Shown: positions 17,524 through 29,667 of the stretch, piece after piece
Numbering within the stretch: position 1 is the stretch's first letter
How the letters are laid out: each line of letters begins with the position of its first letter
Assembly: GCF_009914755.1 (NCBI RefSeq)
Contig: NC_060928.1
Strand: one strand, 5' to 3'
Origin: the human T2T-CHM13v2.0 reference genome, Homo sapiens
DNA length: 64,000 nt
Position numbers and translations under genes: made by a program
The notes under the pieces: model-generated
Told to the model about the DNA's origin: nothing
The model's database searches: none
The model's input: only the letters and a program-made list of their open reading frames with translations

Positions 17524-17963
17524 GTTAATACACTTACCTTGACTGTGTGTTTCAGGACATCCAAATAGCGCAGCTCCTCAGACATCACTCACAAATTACA
17601 TCACCAATGTAGTCACAAAAACATCATATTGTAATGGTGAGGTTGAATTTTGCATGCTTCTGCTTAACAAAAAAGTATAGATAATATTGCTTAAACCACA
17701 ACGTATCCATATTTTAAAATCTAGATACAGAAAATTTTCAAACCAAAATCCATTGTAGGATCAAGCTGACTAACCATGGCAAAATAATTGGCAATGATTA
17801 ATGTAATCTGTATTTCACAAGAAATATAGCACCAATTGGAAATAGGTTCTTAGTGGTAATTAATACCCAGAGACCAGAGCATCCCATTCCTAATGTCCCA
17901 CCCCCCTCATTATCCAACGGATTGAGACATAGGGACAGATAGATGGATTCTGAGCCAAGGTTT

Positions 17964-18591
17964 TGACAGGACTCCAATGACTGGAGGAACACCAGGGTCC
18001 TTGGTCTCACGCCAGTTTAGATAAAATGATACGGACACAGGTGGAGTCGTTTTAAGGAGCGAAAAGTTTAATAGCTAAGAAAGAAGGAAGGAAGGAGAAA
18101 ACAGCTCCCTCTGACAGAGACAGAGGGAGGGGGGATTCAAACAGAGAAAACCCCGTGTGCGGCGGAAAAGTGGCTGCTTACATTGGGATGCCAGAGGAGG
18201 TGGTGTCTGGTTTGCATAGGGCCCAGGGGATTGGTTTGACCAGGTGTGTCATTTACGTAGCCTGTGGAAAACTCAGCCCTCCCACCTTAGCCCTTTAATA
18301 TGCAAATGCAGGTCGCCATAATGTTCTGAACACAAGGTGTTATCTGGAGGTGGCCATGACACTTGGTATACCTGGTGACAAGGAAAAGACTGTGGGAATC
18401 GCCATATTGAGTGAACCCAGTTTCTAATAGCTGGCATTTGCAGATCAAAGCTTGCCAGCCCGGCCCTTCAAGCAGTCTTTTCTGTTAGAAAAGAGATCAT
18501 TTAGGGTTGTTTCTTATTAAAGGAAGATTTCCACCAAGAACCTTTATCCTTACTACCTGCCTAAAATAATTTCTTAATAACTCCTGTATCA
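17964..18591 (-). mobile_element. ERV1 solo LTR (MER61/LTR20/LTR25-like group)
   Basis: TG...CA ends; perfect 4-bp TSD gttt (17960-63 and 18592-95); minus strand begins tgatacaggagttattaagaaattattttaggcag; subfamily uncertain. Confidence 0.8.
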
Positions 18592-20260
18592 GTTTGGCTT
18601 ACAGTGGTGGTCATTGCCCAGGTCCCTGAATGTATTACTGTGCCACTCCCACATAGGGCATTTGACTTGTAAGGTAAAGGTATATTTTTGTGAAGACTGA
18701 GTGCAAGCCACTGAAATAGTCCCTCACCCCACCTTCTTGGAAAATTCATACCTACTTCCAGTTATTACCAACCTTAAGGACTTTAAGAGCTAAAGGATGC
18801 TAGAATGGTGCTCCCCATCATGTCTTAAATTAAGTCAGCAGTCTGTCACCTAAAATATATAAAAAAAAACAAAACAAATGAATCCTGAAAAATGACTGCA
18901 GAGTATGACAGATTCAACTGAATAGCAGCTTAATTGCAGCTGTTTTCCCAGATGCGGTGTTGTTCTAGCGTAAATTCATCTGTCTTCAGGTACTGGCACA
19001 TTGATTTGACAAATATGTTATTTTCTAGTCAGATCAAACAGATAAGAAATGGTTTGTATTCACATGGAATGGGAAAAATTAGATATGTCTACTTTTCCCT
19101 CAGGGTTCTGTTAACTTACACTTCCTCTATAAGAATATAGTTTTAAGAGATCTGAACTGCCTTGACATCCTACAGAATATCACATTGATTCACCACATTT
19201 ATAACATTATGTGAATTATGGAAACTAAGTTGCTGAGCAAGAATTGGCTCACAAATCAGAAGCTTGATAAGACATATATCCCAGAGAGAGATAAATCCCC
19301 CTACAAAGAGTAAGGGGTCAACTCAACACAGCAGTATAATTACTAGCAGTCCAATATTCAGGCACTGCAAGTGTATTGCCTCTAAGTTAAAAGATAAATT
19401 ATCACACTTTGCATCTCCTACTACAAGGAAGGAAGCAGGGTGGCTGGCAGGCCTCTTTGTGTTTTAGAAAGAGCATAGCCCATACCTGGGTGACAAGGAA
19501 ACTTGGCAGCTTTGAGCGGGTCCCCACTTAAAGAAGAAAAGCCTTCTGCAGAGAGAGAAAGACCTCTGCAGCAGATGCATGCTTCAGTTAAAGCAATTCT
19601 GCCAGTTAAGCCATAGAACCAAGAGACCCTCTGGTATTGGAACTACCAGTAGTGACCAACTCTGCCTTATGGCACTCTACAAAAGAGAATCACAACACAA
19701 GCATATGGGGTTCTGGAGCAAGACTCTGGAATCTACAGTGAAGAATCATATATCCTGGGAAAACAATCGCTGGCATGATACTGGCTGTTGTAGAGATAGA
19801 GTGTCTGACAATGGATGTCATGCATCTGACACCTTCTATCTGGTTTTGCCACACCCACTGAGTCGTAAAATTAGGTAAGTCCAGAAGTAACCCATTATTA
19901 AGATGAAATGGTATATCCAGAATCAATCAGGACCCAGATAAGAATGCACAAGCAGGCCACGTGAGCAGGTAAACCAGACTCACATCTCCCAATGTTGTGT
20001 CTGTTCCCTTTGGCTCATACCTATTGCCACATAAGATATCTAGTATGGCCAGCTGGCAGAAGATAAAAAATCTTGCCCTTGATTTACAAATGGGTCTACT
20101 TGATATGTGGGTATAAACTGAAAATGGCAGCAACCACACAGCAGCCTCACTCAAGATAGTCCTCAAAAGACGATGGGGACTGAGAAAAATATCCACAGAC
20201 TAGGCAGAGCTTCAGATGGTAAACCTGGCCATGCACTCTGTGTACCCAGAGGTTGGGATG

Positions 20261-20667
20261 TGTGATGGTTAACACTGAGTGTCAACTTGATTGGATTGAA
20301 GGATACAAAGTATTCATCCTGGATGTGTCTGTGAGGGTGTTCCCAAAAGAGATTAATATTTGAGTCAGTGGGCTGGGAAGGCAGATCCACCCTTAATCTG
20401 GTGGGCAAAATCTAATCAGCTGCCAGCGAATATAAGGCAGGCAGAAAAACATGAAAAGGAGAGAGACTGGCCTAGCCTCACAGCCTACATCTTTCTCCGG
20501 TGCTGGATGCTTCCTGCCCTCAAACATCAGACTCCAGGTTCTTTAGTTTTGGGACTCAGACTGGCTCTCCTTGCTCCTCAGCTTGCAGACAGCCTATTGT
20601 GGGACCTTGTGATCATGTAAATTAATACTTAATAAACTCCCCTATATATATAAGAGATATATATATA
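20261..20667 (+). mobile_element. MLT2A (HERV-L LTR), 3' end lost after the TA tract
   Basis: tgtgatggttaacactgagtgtcaacttgattggattgaaggatacaaagtatt is the MLT2A start; aataaa followed by a TA run. Confidence 0.88.
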
Positions 20668-21355
20668 GGATCCCAGAATTGATCTCTGGGTATACAAACA
20701 CAGGAACACATGGAGATAAACACAAAGTGTGAATATCTTTGTATTATCTACTATCATTCACAAGTGAGTACCTACCAAGGAGCAAGTATATTTTGGGAAC
20801 TTGACTTCAGCCAGTTGATGTCATTGGCCCTGCCAGATAGGCATAATGGGCACATAAATCTAATTAATGCAGTGGCCACAGTGAAAACAATGAAGGCTAA
20901 GCATGGGCCCAACAACATGGGCTTCCACTTACGAAAGCTACTGCTACAACTGAATGCTCAACCTGCCAGCCAGAGAGATCAATTCTGGGATCTTAAATAG
21001 AATTTATCATCAAGGAGACCAACCAGATATTTGATGACTACACTGGGCCCCTTTCAAGCTGAAAAGCATGAAAACTTGCTTTAAAAGGAATAGATACATA
21101 TGTGGGAGAGATTTTACTATTTCTGCCCACAAGATATTACTAGAACAACTATCCAATGATAAATGAAGTGTTTAATTCTCCAGGAGAGGATCCCACATAT
21201 CACTGGTCAGATGAAAGGTCCTTCTTTATAGCAAAAAAAAAAAGGTGCGGAAGTGGCACACAACACTGGTTGTGTCACATATGCACCATTAGAAGCTGTT
21301 GATATGAAAGAGCACTGGGAAGTACAGTTAAGAATCAGCTCAAGAGACAGAGTGT

Positions 21356-21730
21356 TGTGAACATGGAGATATACCACTGCCCAGATTCTACTTCAAGAAA
21401 AGAACTGAAGTTGTCTCAGCATCTGGGTGGGTCAGTCTTTTCAGAATTTTCCTTGGCTGCAGACAGCTGTATAGCCCAAGGGCATGGTCTTCCTGGCTGG
21501 ATCACATCCAGTGACTGATAATGACATTGTCTTACAGGCCTGGCCATTTCCCCTTACTGCGAGATACCAACTTGCCTCACGCAATGCACAGTTCACAACC
21601 TCCCCGCTGTGGGAGTAGCTGAGGTTTTGTTGTACCTGCCCCTGTTTGACTTCTCTCTCTACCCAATTGGGTTTCCTCCAACTATGGAGGCCCTTATGTA
21701 GTGTTTCCATTTCCAATGTCTGTTTTCCAC
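21356..21730 (+). mobile_element. LTR16-family ERVL LTR
   Basis: cactgcccagattctacttcaagaaaagaac...cacatccagtgactgat...ggcctggccattt...gacttctctctctacccaat. Confidence 0.6.
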
Positions 21731-23469
21731 ATTTCTAATTATACTCTTTAGCACTTCCTCTTTTTATCATCATTTTATATGCAAAGGCCTGAAATTGTCA
21801 TTGAGCAAAACCTGAATATCAAAATTTGAATCTCTCTTTCTTAGCCCAAGGCTGATGATATGATATAATCTGTGGCTTATCTGAAAAACAAAAAATAAAA
21901 TAAATTGAGCACCCTCTACTGAAAAAAAAAAATGTGATCAAGCCAATTAACGGAAAATCTATTTCCTTCTTGAAATCAGTTTCTTATTTTTAAAATCAAG
22001 AAAAAAAAACAGTATGTTTCTGGTGGAGATTTTAATTTTCCAGGGAAATATATTTCACATCTAGTAAATTCAAGACGTTATTCAAAGGTAGCTGGAGTGT
22101 GATTACCCTCCTGAGAAATCACAAGTCTAACAACAATAGTATTTCTCAAATGGCTGCACTTCAGTCTTCACATATATTTGTTGTTTTCCTCTTTCTGCAA
22201 GCATGATAAGGCACATGTTTATTTTGTTTCATAATTAATTTTAGTTTCCAGGAGAATTAATTGATGTATTTATTCTGTTTTAACAGAACATACTGAATGT
22301 TTACTTAGGTATCAGACTCTTGACCAGTTGTTAAGGGTGTAAACTTAAATAAGATATGGTAATTTCCTTTTTAAAATTGTTTCCCAACAAATGAAGTGCA
22401 AATTGTTTCTTAAGTGGGCTTTATTTCTCTGCCATCTTAGTCTGTTAATTCAGTTTGTCAGAGATCCCTTCTTTGCTAATTGACCAAGAATTTAATCTGG
22501 TAAATCACAATGATTTGGGGTCATTTTGCTTCTAAGAACATTCTCTTTTTAAAGACAATTTCTAGCCCCAATAATATTTTCGGTGTAAAGTCCTCTTTAT
22601 CACTTCTCTCCACCGCAGGTTGCAGAGCAGCAGTAGGGAGACAAGCTGACACGTTCCTTCATTTATTCTTCTTCCACTTTCCTCCTCCACTTGCTCTGAT
22701 TCTTCCTGCTTATTGTGGACTGTGAGCAGAAGAAAGGGGAATGAAACAAGGACAAAATGTCACATTCTCTTCCTATGTCATCCCTGTGGTTGGTGTGCTT
22801 TCTCCTGGTCCTGTGATGGGTAGCATTGCTGGGTTCTTCAGAGAAACTGAGAGACACCCTTCCCCTGAGAACCTCCCACTTCCCTGTCACTGACACTGAT
22901 AGCACACTTTCTGCCTGACCCGTTTCCTCCCCACTTTCCTCCCCAGTCAGGCATTCCTCTTGGATGGAGGTGTTTCAAGAGGATCTGGTTTCAGCTATTC
23001 TCTACAGTGTCACTCCTCTCAAGCCAACACATACATCCTGAACCCACTAATGTGTGTAAGCACATGGGTCCCTCAGCTCCCTCTGCTGTCCATCTGCCTC
23101 TCATGGGCAACTCCAGGCAGCACCTGCCTTCTTCAGAGCTCACCAGGAGAGAAGCAGGCATGAGGCTCTCTGCTCACACGTGCCTCCAACCTCTGGGAAA
23201 ACATGTCAGGATCTTTCTACCAAGAACCCCTTTTAATGCCAGCTGCAGCCCTAGGCAGGGCTCCCTGACTCTGCTGCCCACCAAGCCTCACCCAAGAAGT
23301 GAGATGCAAGCCAGCCCTTCATTACCCAGAACACCAGTCTTAAGTGTCCCCACCCCTTCCTTGCATGACTTCAAGTGGGTAAGGTAACGTCCTTCCCTGT
23401 TTCTCTCCATAGGAAAGAGAGAGAATCACCACCATAGCGTTTGTACTCAAATGAATTCTCTTTTTCTTC

Positions 23470-23622
23470 CTTCTTCTTTTTTTTTTTTTTTAAATGGATG
23501 GAATCTTGCTCTGTTGATCAGGCTGGAGTGCAGTGGTATGATCATAGATCACTACAGCCTCCAACTCTTGGACCCAAGTGAACCTCCTGCCTTAGCCTCC
23601 CCAGTAGCCATTAGTACAGGTG
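23470..23622 (-). mobile_element. Old Alu monomer (FLAM or AluJ fragment)
   Basis: T tail then tcttgctctgttgatcaggctggagtgcagtggtatgatcatag. Confidence 0.8.
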
Positions 23623-24499
23623 CTATTTTGGCTGCTTTTTGGCAATACCTGCATAGATAAGTTCAGCACTTCCCTTCAGACTGCAGATGTTGTTAGCCCT
23701 TCCCACCACCATTGTTTTCAACCTGTAGGTTTTAGCCAAAATTCTAAGACAGGATGAAAAGTCCCCTTTCACATCCTGCTATAAAACAATTTAAGACACC
23801 ATTATATATTATTCTAATATAAAACTTAGTTCTATTTATAAGTGTAATAATTTATAAGGGAAAATTGCACTTTGTAGACAACTTGAAAGAAGTGAATGAT
23901 GAAGAAAAATGAACATATTGAGTTTACAATAATTTCTATGTACCAAAATCTTTCTTTAAAAAAATCAGCAGCTAACATATCAAAGAAATTCTATATAGAA
24001 CTGTAAATCCTTGTCAAGTAGGCATCTCATAAACTTTTGTTATTATTTCCTTTATGTCACATCTCAAGAGCTCTCCCACTCTTCTTCAATACTTAAAGCA
24101 ATTGCTTTTCTTCCTTCCCCCAAAGCTCAGCTTTAGCAGGAACTTGGTCTCCCCAAAACCCTCCATTCTTGTTCCTGCTGAAGGCAAGCCCACTGTTCAG
24201 TTGTGTCTTAACAGAACTTTGCTAATCACTATGTGGAATAAGAAACCCGGTTCAATTACAATGATTACAGACAGAATCCTAAGCTCTTCTGACAACATAA
24301 GTCTTAATGTAATGTATTTGAACCAGTTCTTAGAACTCTAGCCTCTGTCTTTATCCCGAAAATGGACCTCATGCAAAATAGCAATGACAAAACAAACAAC
24401 AAAAGCAAAGCAAACGATAGAAAGACCTCCTTTTTATCCTAAATTATAGCATAGTCCATGTGCAGCCTTCCATAAACTTGGCAGAATGCAGAGGAATAG

Positions 24500-24680
24500 C
24501 TCAAACTTCAGAGTGGGACAGCTCTGTTAATTCCTGATTAGGAAAACTTGGGCAAATTGTCTAACCATCTGAGTCCCTGGCTTCCTTGATCATGAAAATG
24601 GGAAGGATATTTATCTCTCAGGTTGTTGTGAGAATTAAATCAGATAACAAGTAGAGGTCCTAGATCATAGTATGTTTTGG
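24500..24680 (+). mobile_element. MIR
   Basis: cttgggcaaattgtctaacc...tcaggttgttgtgagaattaaat. Confidence 0.7.
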
Positions 24681-25299
24681 TTACTGACAAAACTTCCAAT
24701 AAAAATTAGATGGTTCTTCACTTTAAGAGAAATGCAATTGAGGTATGACAAAGACGCCTACTCACAATGTCCATTTCTGAGCACCTCAAAAATAATTGTC
24801 CCCTAGTTTCCTATTAGGAAGAACCCTCTTCACATTCCAACCACTGAAGAGAGAATCGCGGGTCTGTTCTTGAGGCAGTGGGGGTGGATTTGTAAAGGTG
24901 AACCAGAGATATTGAACCAGAGATGTGATTTGGAGCCCCGTCTCTGCCGCTTCCCAACATTATGTGGGAAAGTAAGTTGATTCAGCAATTCCTGGTGCAC
25001 AAGAGTGCTCATAGCAATGTTGATCATTGAAACAAAACATGAAAAAAGCCTACAGTCTATCAACACTGGAATAAACCAATTTTGTTATATTCATATAATG
25101 GAGTATGGGACAACAGGGAAATGAAAGAACTAGATCTCTATTATTTATTTGAATTTTGTAAATAAACTATTGAATGAAAGAGGCAAGAAAAAAACTACAC
25201 AATTGATTCCCTTTAGTAGGTAATATCAAACAGTTTTCATAAGGGACTACACAAATTTAAACTCCCTTGAGCACTGGATAAGAAATATCATTGCTCCAC

Positions 25300-28200
25300 A
25301 CCCTCAAAAGCAGCTTTGTAATATTTGGGACACCAATCATTGTCAGTTGTATATAAAGCAAATATCTTCTACTTTGAAGCTTGTCATTTCACTCCCTTTG
25401 TGGTGTCTTTTTGATATATAAAAGTTATTGGGTTTAATGAGCTCGTTTATTAATCTTAGCCTTTATTGTTTGTACTTTTGCTCACAAAGAATAGTAGATT
25501 TTTCTTTGTTATTTAACACAAAATAATTACTGTCATTATTCTTTTTTGGCACTCCAATTATCAACTTTGTCAAGTGGGAGCACTGCCCAGCAAGGTCTTG
25601 TGTTTTTCGTTATTGTTGTTTGCCAATCTTATATGTGAAAAATGATATCTGTGTAGTTTTAATTTGTGTACTTTTTTATTCAGAGTGAAGCTGAAATTTT
25701 TTCATGTTTAAGGGCCATTTGTATATTTTTTTCTGTCATCTGTCTGGTTGTGTTTTCTTCCCATTTATTACTTGGTTTAGTCTTTTCATTCTTGATTTTT
25801 AAAAATAATATATTACAGAGATTAACCCTCTATCTGTGATATAAGTTTTAAATTGCAACAACAACAAAAATTCCCATTTTGTCATCTGCTTTTACTTTGC
25901 CTATGGTTTTGTTTTACTTTGGTTAGTTGTTGCTACTAAACAACTTGTTTAGTTGTCGTTTTTTATAGTTGCTTTTAGCAACATTTTAAATATTGCATCT
26001 GGCTTTTGAGTTGTTTGAAAGATACTCCATATATCTAGGTTATTACAAAGTTTATTCTGTATGTGGTATGAGTTATGGGTCCAATTTTCAGCTCTTCTCC
26101 AAATGGCTACCAATTGTATTAATACCACTTATTTAAAAGTCTATTTCCTGAGGGATTTGAGGTACTTCCTTTATAATGAACTTAGTATCCATGAGTATCT
26201 ATATTGACTTCTGCTTTCCTATTGATCGCTCCATCCATTTATTTTCATTACACAGTATTTTATTTGTAAAAGCTTTCAGTGTATTTTCATAACTGGCCTT
26301 AGGTATTCTTGCATGTTTGATTTTCCACATGAACTTTAGAATAAAGTTTACTAACTTTAGGGAAAAAAGTAACTTGTTGGTTTTATATACACGCACACAC
26401 ACACATATACATAGATATATATCTATACCTGTCTGTATTATACAGATACCTGTCTATATTATACACATGCTTATGTACTTATATATGGATATCTTTACAT
26501 CTTTCAAACCTACTTTTGTGTTTTTCATGTGTGTTTTAAAGCACTCCTTCAACAAGTTTTGCCACTGTTGAGTTTATTTCTAAGTATTTTGTCCTGTTAT
26601 TGTAAATACAACATATTCTTCCACTGTATATTTTAACTGGTTACTATTAATAAGTATGAAAGCTATTATAAATATTGGATGTTAATTTCATATCTTGCTC
26701 CTTTACTGCATTCTTTTATTGTTTATATAAGCTTTAACATTGATCCTGTTCAGCTTCTCAGATTTTCTTGATTGGGTTAACTTGTGGTTTGTCCAACTTG
26801 TTAAATTTTTTTCAAAGAGCCAATCAGCATTTTTACTCTTTTTGTTTTTACTATTTTGTGTTTCCTTTTTGGTAATTTTCATGTTAATCTTTGATAGTTC
26901 CTTTGTTCTGTTCCATTTTAATTTACTCTATTTTTTTCTAAATTTTTGTTTGGTATTTTATTCACTTTTTCACCTTAATCACATTGATATAAATATTTAA
27001 GACTATAACATTTTCCCAGATTACTGCATTAGTTATATCCACTGACATGTTTAATATAGAAATTCTGCGATTTCAGTTGACATCTGCTCTTTTTTTTCAA
27101 AAGCTGTTAAGTAATTGGTTTGTTTTGTTTTCAATTCCCAAATGTTATGTGAAATAACATTTTGGGAATTATTTCTTATTTTGTAGTAAAGTTATAATTT
27201 TATTGAATTTTAATTATTGAGTGTTATATATTACCTCTACTTGGAATTTAACAATTTAGTTTTATTTGTAAACTAATGTCGAATTAAGTTTTCACAAATG
27301 TCCTATGGGTATTTGAATGGAAGGTGTATTTTCTATTATTAAAATATAAAATTTACTTATAGGATTAATCTTAGTGATTATTTGCCTTACTCTTAAATTA
27401 TATAGTTATAACTAATTATAACTTTACTTACTTCTTATCCGCTTGACCTGACTTGGATTAAGAATGCATTGTTGAAATCTAATATTAATGTGTTTCTGTT
27501 TATTTCTCTTGCGTTTCTAGTATTTCTGTGTTAAGAAGGCAATCTTCAGTGTTGTTTAGTGTATAGATATTCCTTTTATATATTCATTATTAATTATGGC
27601 CTTTAACATGATGAGTGCCCTTCTTGGTCTCATTTTGTTTTTAGGCCTAAATTCAACTATGTCCATATTAACATTGCAACAGCTAGTTTCTTATTGTTTG
27701 CATTTGCCTGATAAATTTTTTTCTTTCCCTTTGTATTTCGTTCTTCTGATTCACTTTGTTTAAGTATGTCTTTTATATACTGCATAGAGTAGGATTTGCA
27801 ATGTGAGCCAACCTAAAAATAATTTCATTTAACATGTGAGACAAGCATATATATAAAACAATTGATATAAATGATGTTTTATTCTCAACTGTTTCATTTA
27901 TATTATAATGTGTCTTATTCCCACTATAAAATATGTTTCCTCAGGTCTTTCTTTTTTTTTTTTTGAGACGGAGTCTCACTCTGTCGCCCAAGCTGGAGCG
28001 CAGTGCCGTGATCTCGCCCAGGCTGGAGCGCAGTGCTGTGATCTCAGCTCACTGCAACCTCTGCTGCCGGGGTCAAGAGATTCTTCTGCCTCAGCCCCCT
28101 GAGTAGCCGGGATTGCAGGCACCTACCACCATGCCCGGCTAATTTTTGTAGTTTTTTGGTTTTTTTTTTTAGTAGAGACTGGCTTTCACCATGTTGATCC

Positions 28201-29600
28201 GGCTGGTCTCTAACTCCTGACTCCGTGATCCACCCACCTTGGCCTCCCAAAGTGCTGGGATTACAGTAGGCGTAAGCAACTGCGCCCGGCCAGCTCTTTT
28301 TATTTTTAATTACAGGCGTAAGCCACTGCGCCCAGCCAGGTATTTTTATTTTTAATCTATTTTGTTACTGAGTAAGATTTATATTTTTTGTTCTAGGGGT
28401 AACATTCATGCAAATAACTTTGTATAATGTTAATAATCCTTTTATTCTTTTATTAGGCTTCTGATATCCTTTGATTCTCAAATATTCTCTCTGCACAGAC
28501 GTTAATGAGTAGATTTTACTCTCCTCTTTCTCTCATTTTTCCTTGTAAAAAGAACAACAATTTTTTGATGTTTTTTGCCGCTCTCTCTCTTAGTCCATAA
28601 CATTTATATACTATTTTTCTATGTATAATCCTACCATTTTTTAAATCTTAGATCTTCTATTAAGTATATTCAGTTTACCATGTCCAATTTTCCTAATCAT
28701 TTCTTAGGTTGGTGAAGTTTGTCCTTTAATAGAGTCCTTGCAAAGGGCTTATAAGTACAACAATCCTTAGTTTTGTTTAGATGTTTGCCTGCTTACTATT
28801 ATCCTTGTATAGTCTAGAAACGTCAAGGAGCACTTGAACAGATTTAAAATCCTTGTCTCACACTTACTTTCTTTGGATTTCCAGAATATTTTCTTTCTTT
28901 TTGTCTTCCTTTGTTTGTTGCTAATGAGAAGTTTGAGTGAAACTGATTTTTCTTTTCTCTGGAAGAATTTTTTTTTCCTTTGGTACCCTGAAAATATTTT
29001 ATTTATACCTGCAGTCCAAAAGTTCCTCTAGTCTACATTTGAAAGCTGACTTTTCTGGTTAATTTTTCACAAGTGTATGGTGGTAAAATATAGACTTGTA
29101 TCTTGTTTATTTCTACAAACTTTTCTTGGATTATAGTTTTAAAGACTGGTGTCCCTTTTTCTTTTCTTTTTTTTTTTCTTATGTAAAAAACAAGTTTACT
29201 AGGAAAATAAAGGAATAAAGAATGGCTACACCAGGCAGAGCAGCATCTTTTTTTTCCTGAAAAACTCCAATTGTAGGTATTTTTAATCTTTCTTGATAAT
29301 CTTCTGCATCAATCACATTATTACTAGTAATTTTTCTTTTAAAAAAGTTTTTTTGTTCTTACCTATTTTAATTCCCTCTTCAATAGCCCTTATTATACAT
29401 ATAGTCAAATATATTCTTACCTTATACTTAGATACTCACTTCTGAAATGATTTTTTTAAATTGTGTTTATTCTTAGGCTTGTTAAATTTTTATTAGATTT
29501 TTGAATATCTGAAATTGCATGTTTTAAGGATATTTCATTCATATTGGTAGAGTGTGTTACAGGTTTCATCTGTATTTTGGTTGATTTTGTGAATAATATT
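25300..29600 (-). mobile_element. Old L1M fragments (T-rich antisense L1)
   Basis: Strong T skew; gtagttttaatttgtg, ttccacatgaactttagaataaagttt and gtttgcatttgcctgat are antisense L1 ORF2-like; boundaries approximate. Confidence 0.6.
27952..28337 (-). mobile_element. AluS with two local tandem duplications
   Basis: Antisense Alu; 30-bp duplication 27984-28043; duplicated Alu 5' end plus flank 28260-28356. Confidence 0.9.
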
Positions 29601-29667
29601 TTATCAACTGAAAATACTCTATTTTTACCATTAAAAATTTTAGGTGAAGAAATACCTATATTGATAC

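Larger units (their letters stand above)
17600..21350 (+). mobile_element. Decayed ERVL-class internal region (pol remnants; ERV3-16A3/HERV16-like), interrupted by two LTRs
   Basis: gtggtcattgcccaggtccctgaatgtatt and ctaaaggatgctagaatggtgctccccatc resemble ERVL pol; followed by an LTR16-like LTR; left boundary uncertain. Confidence 0.6.
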
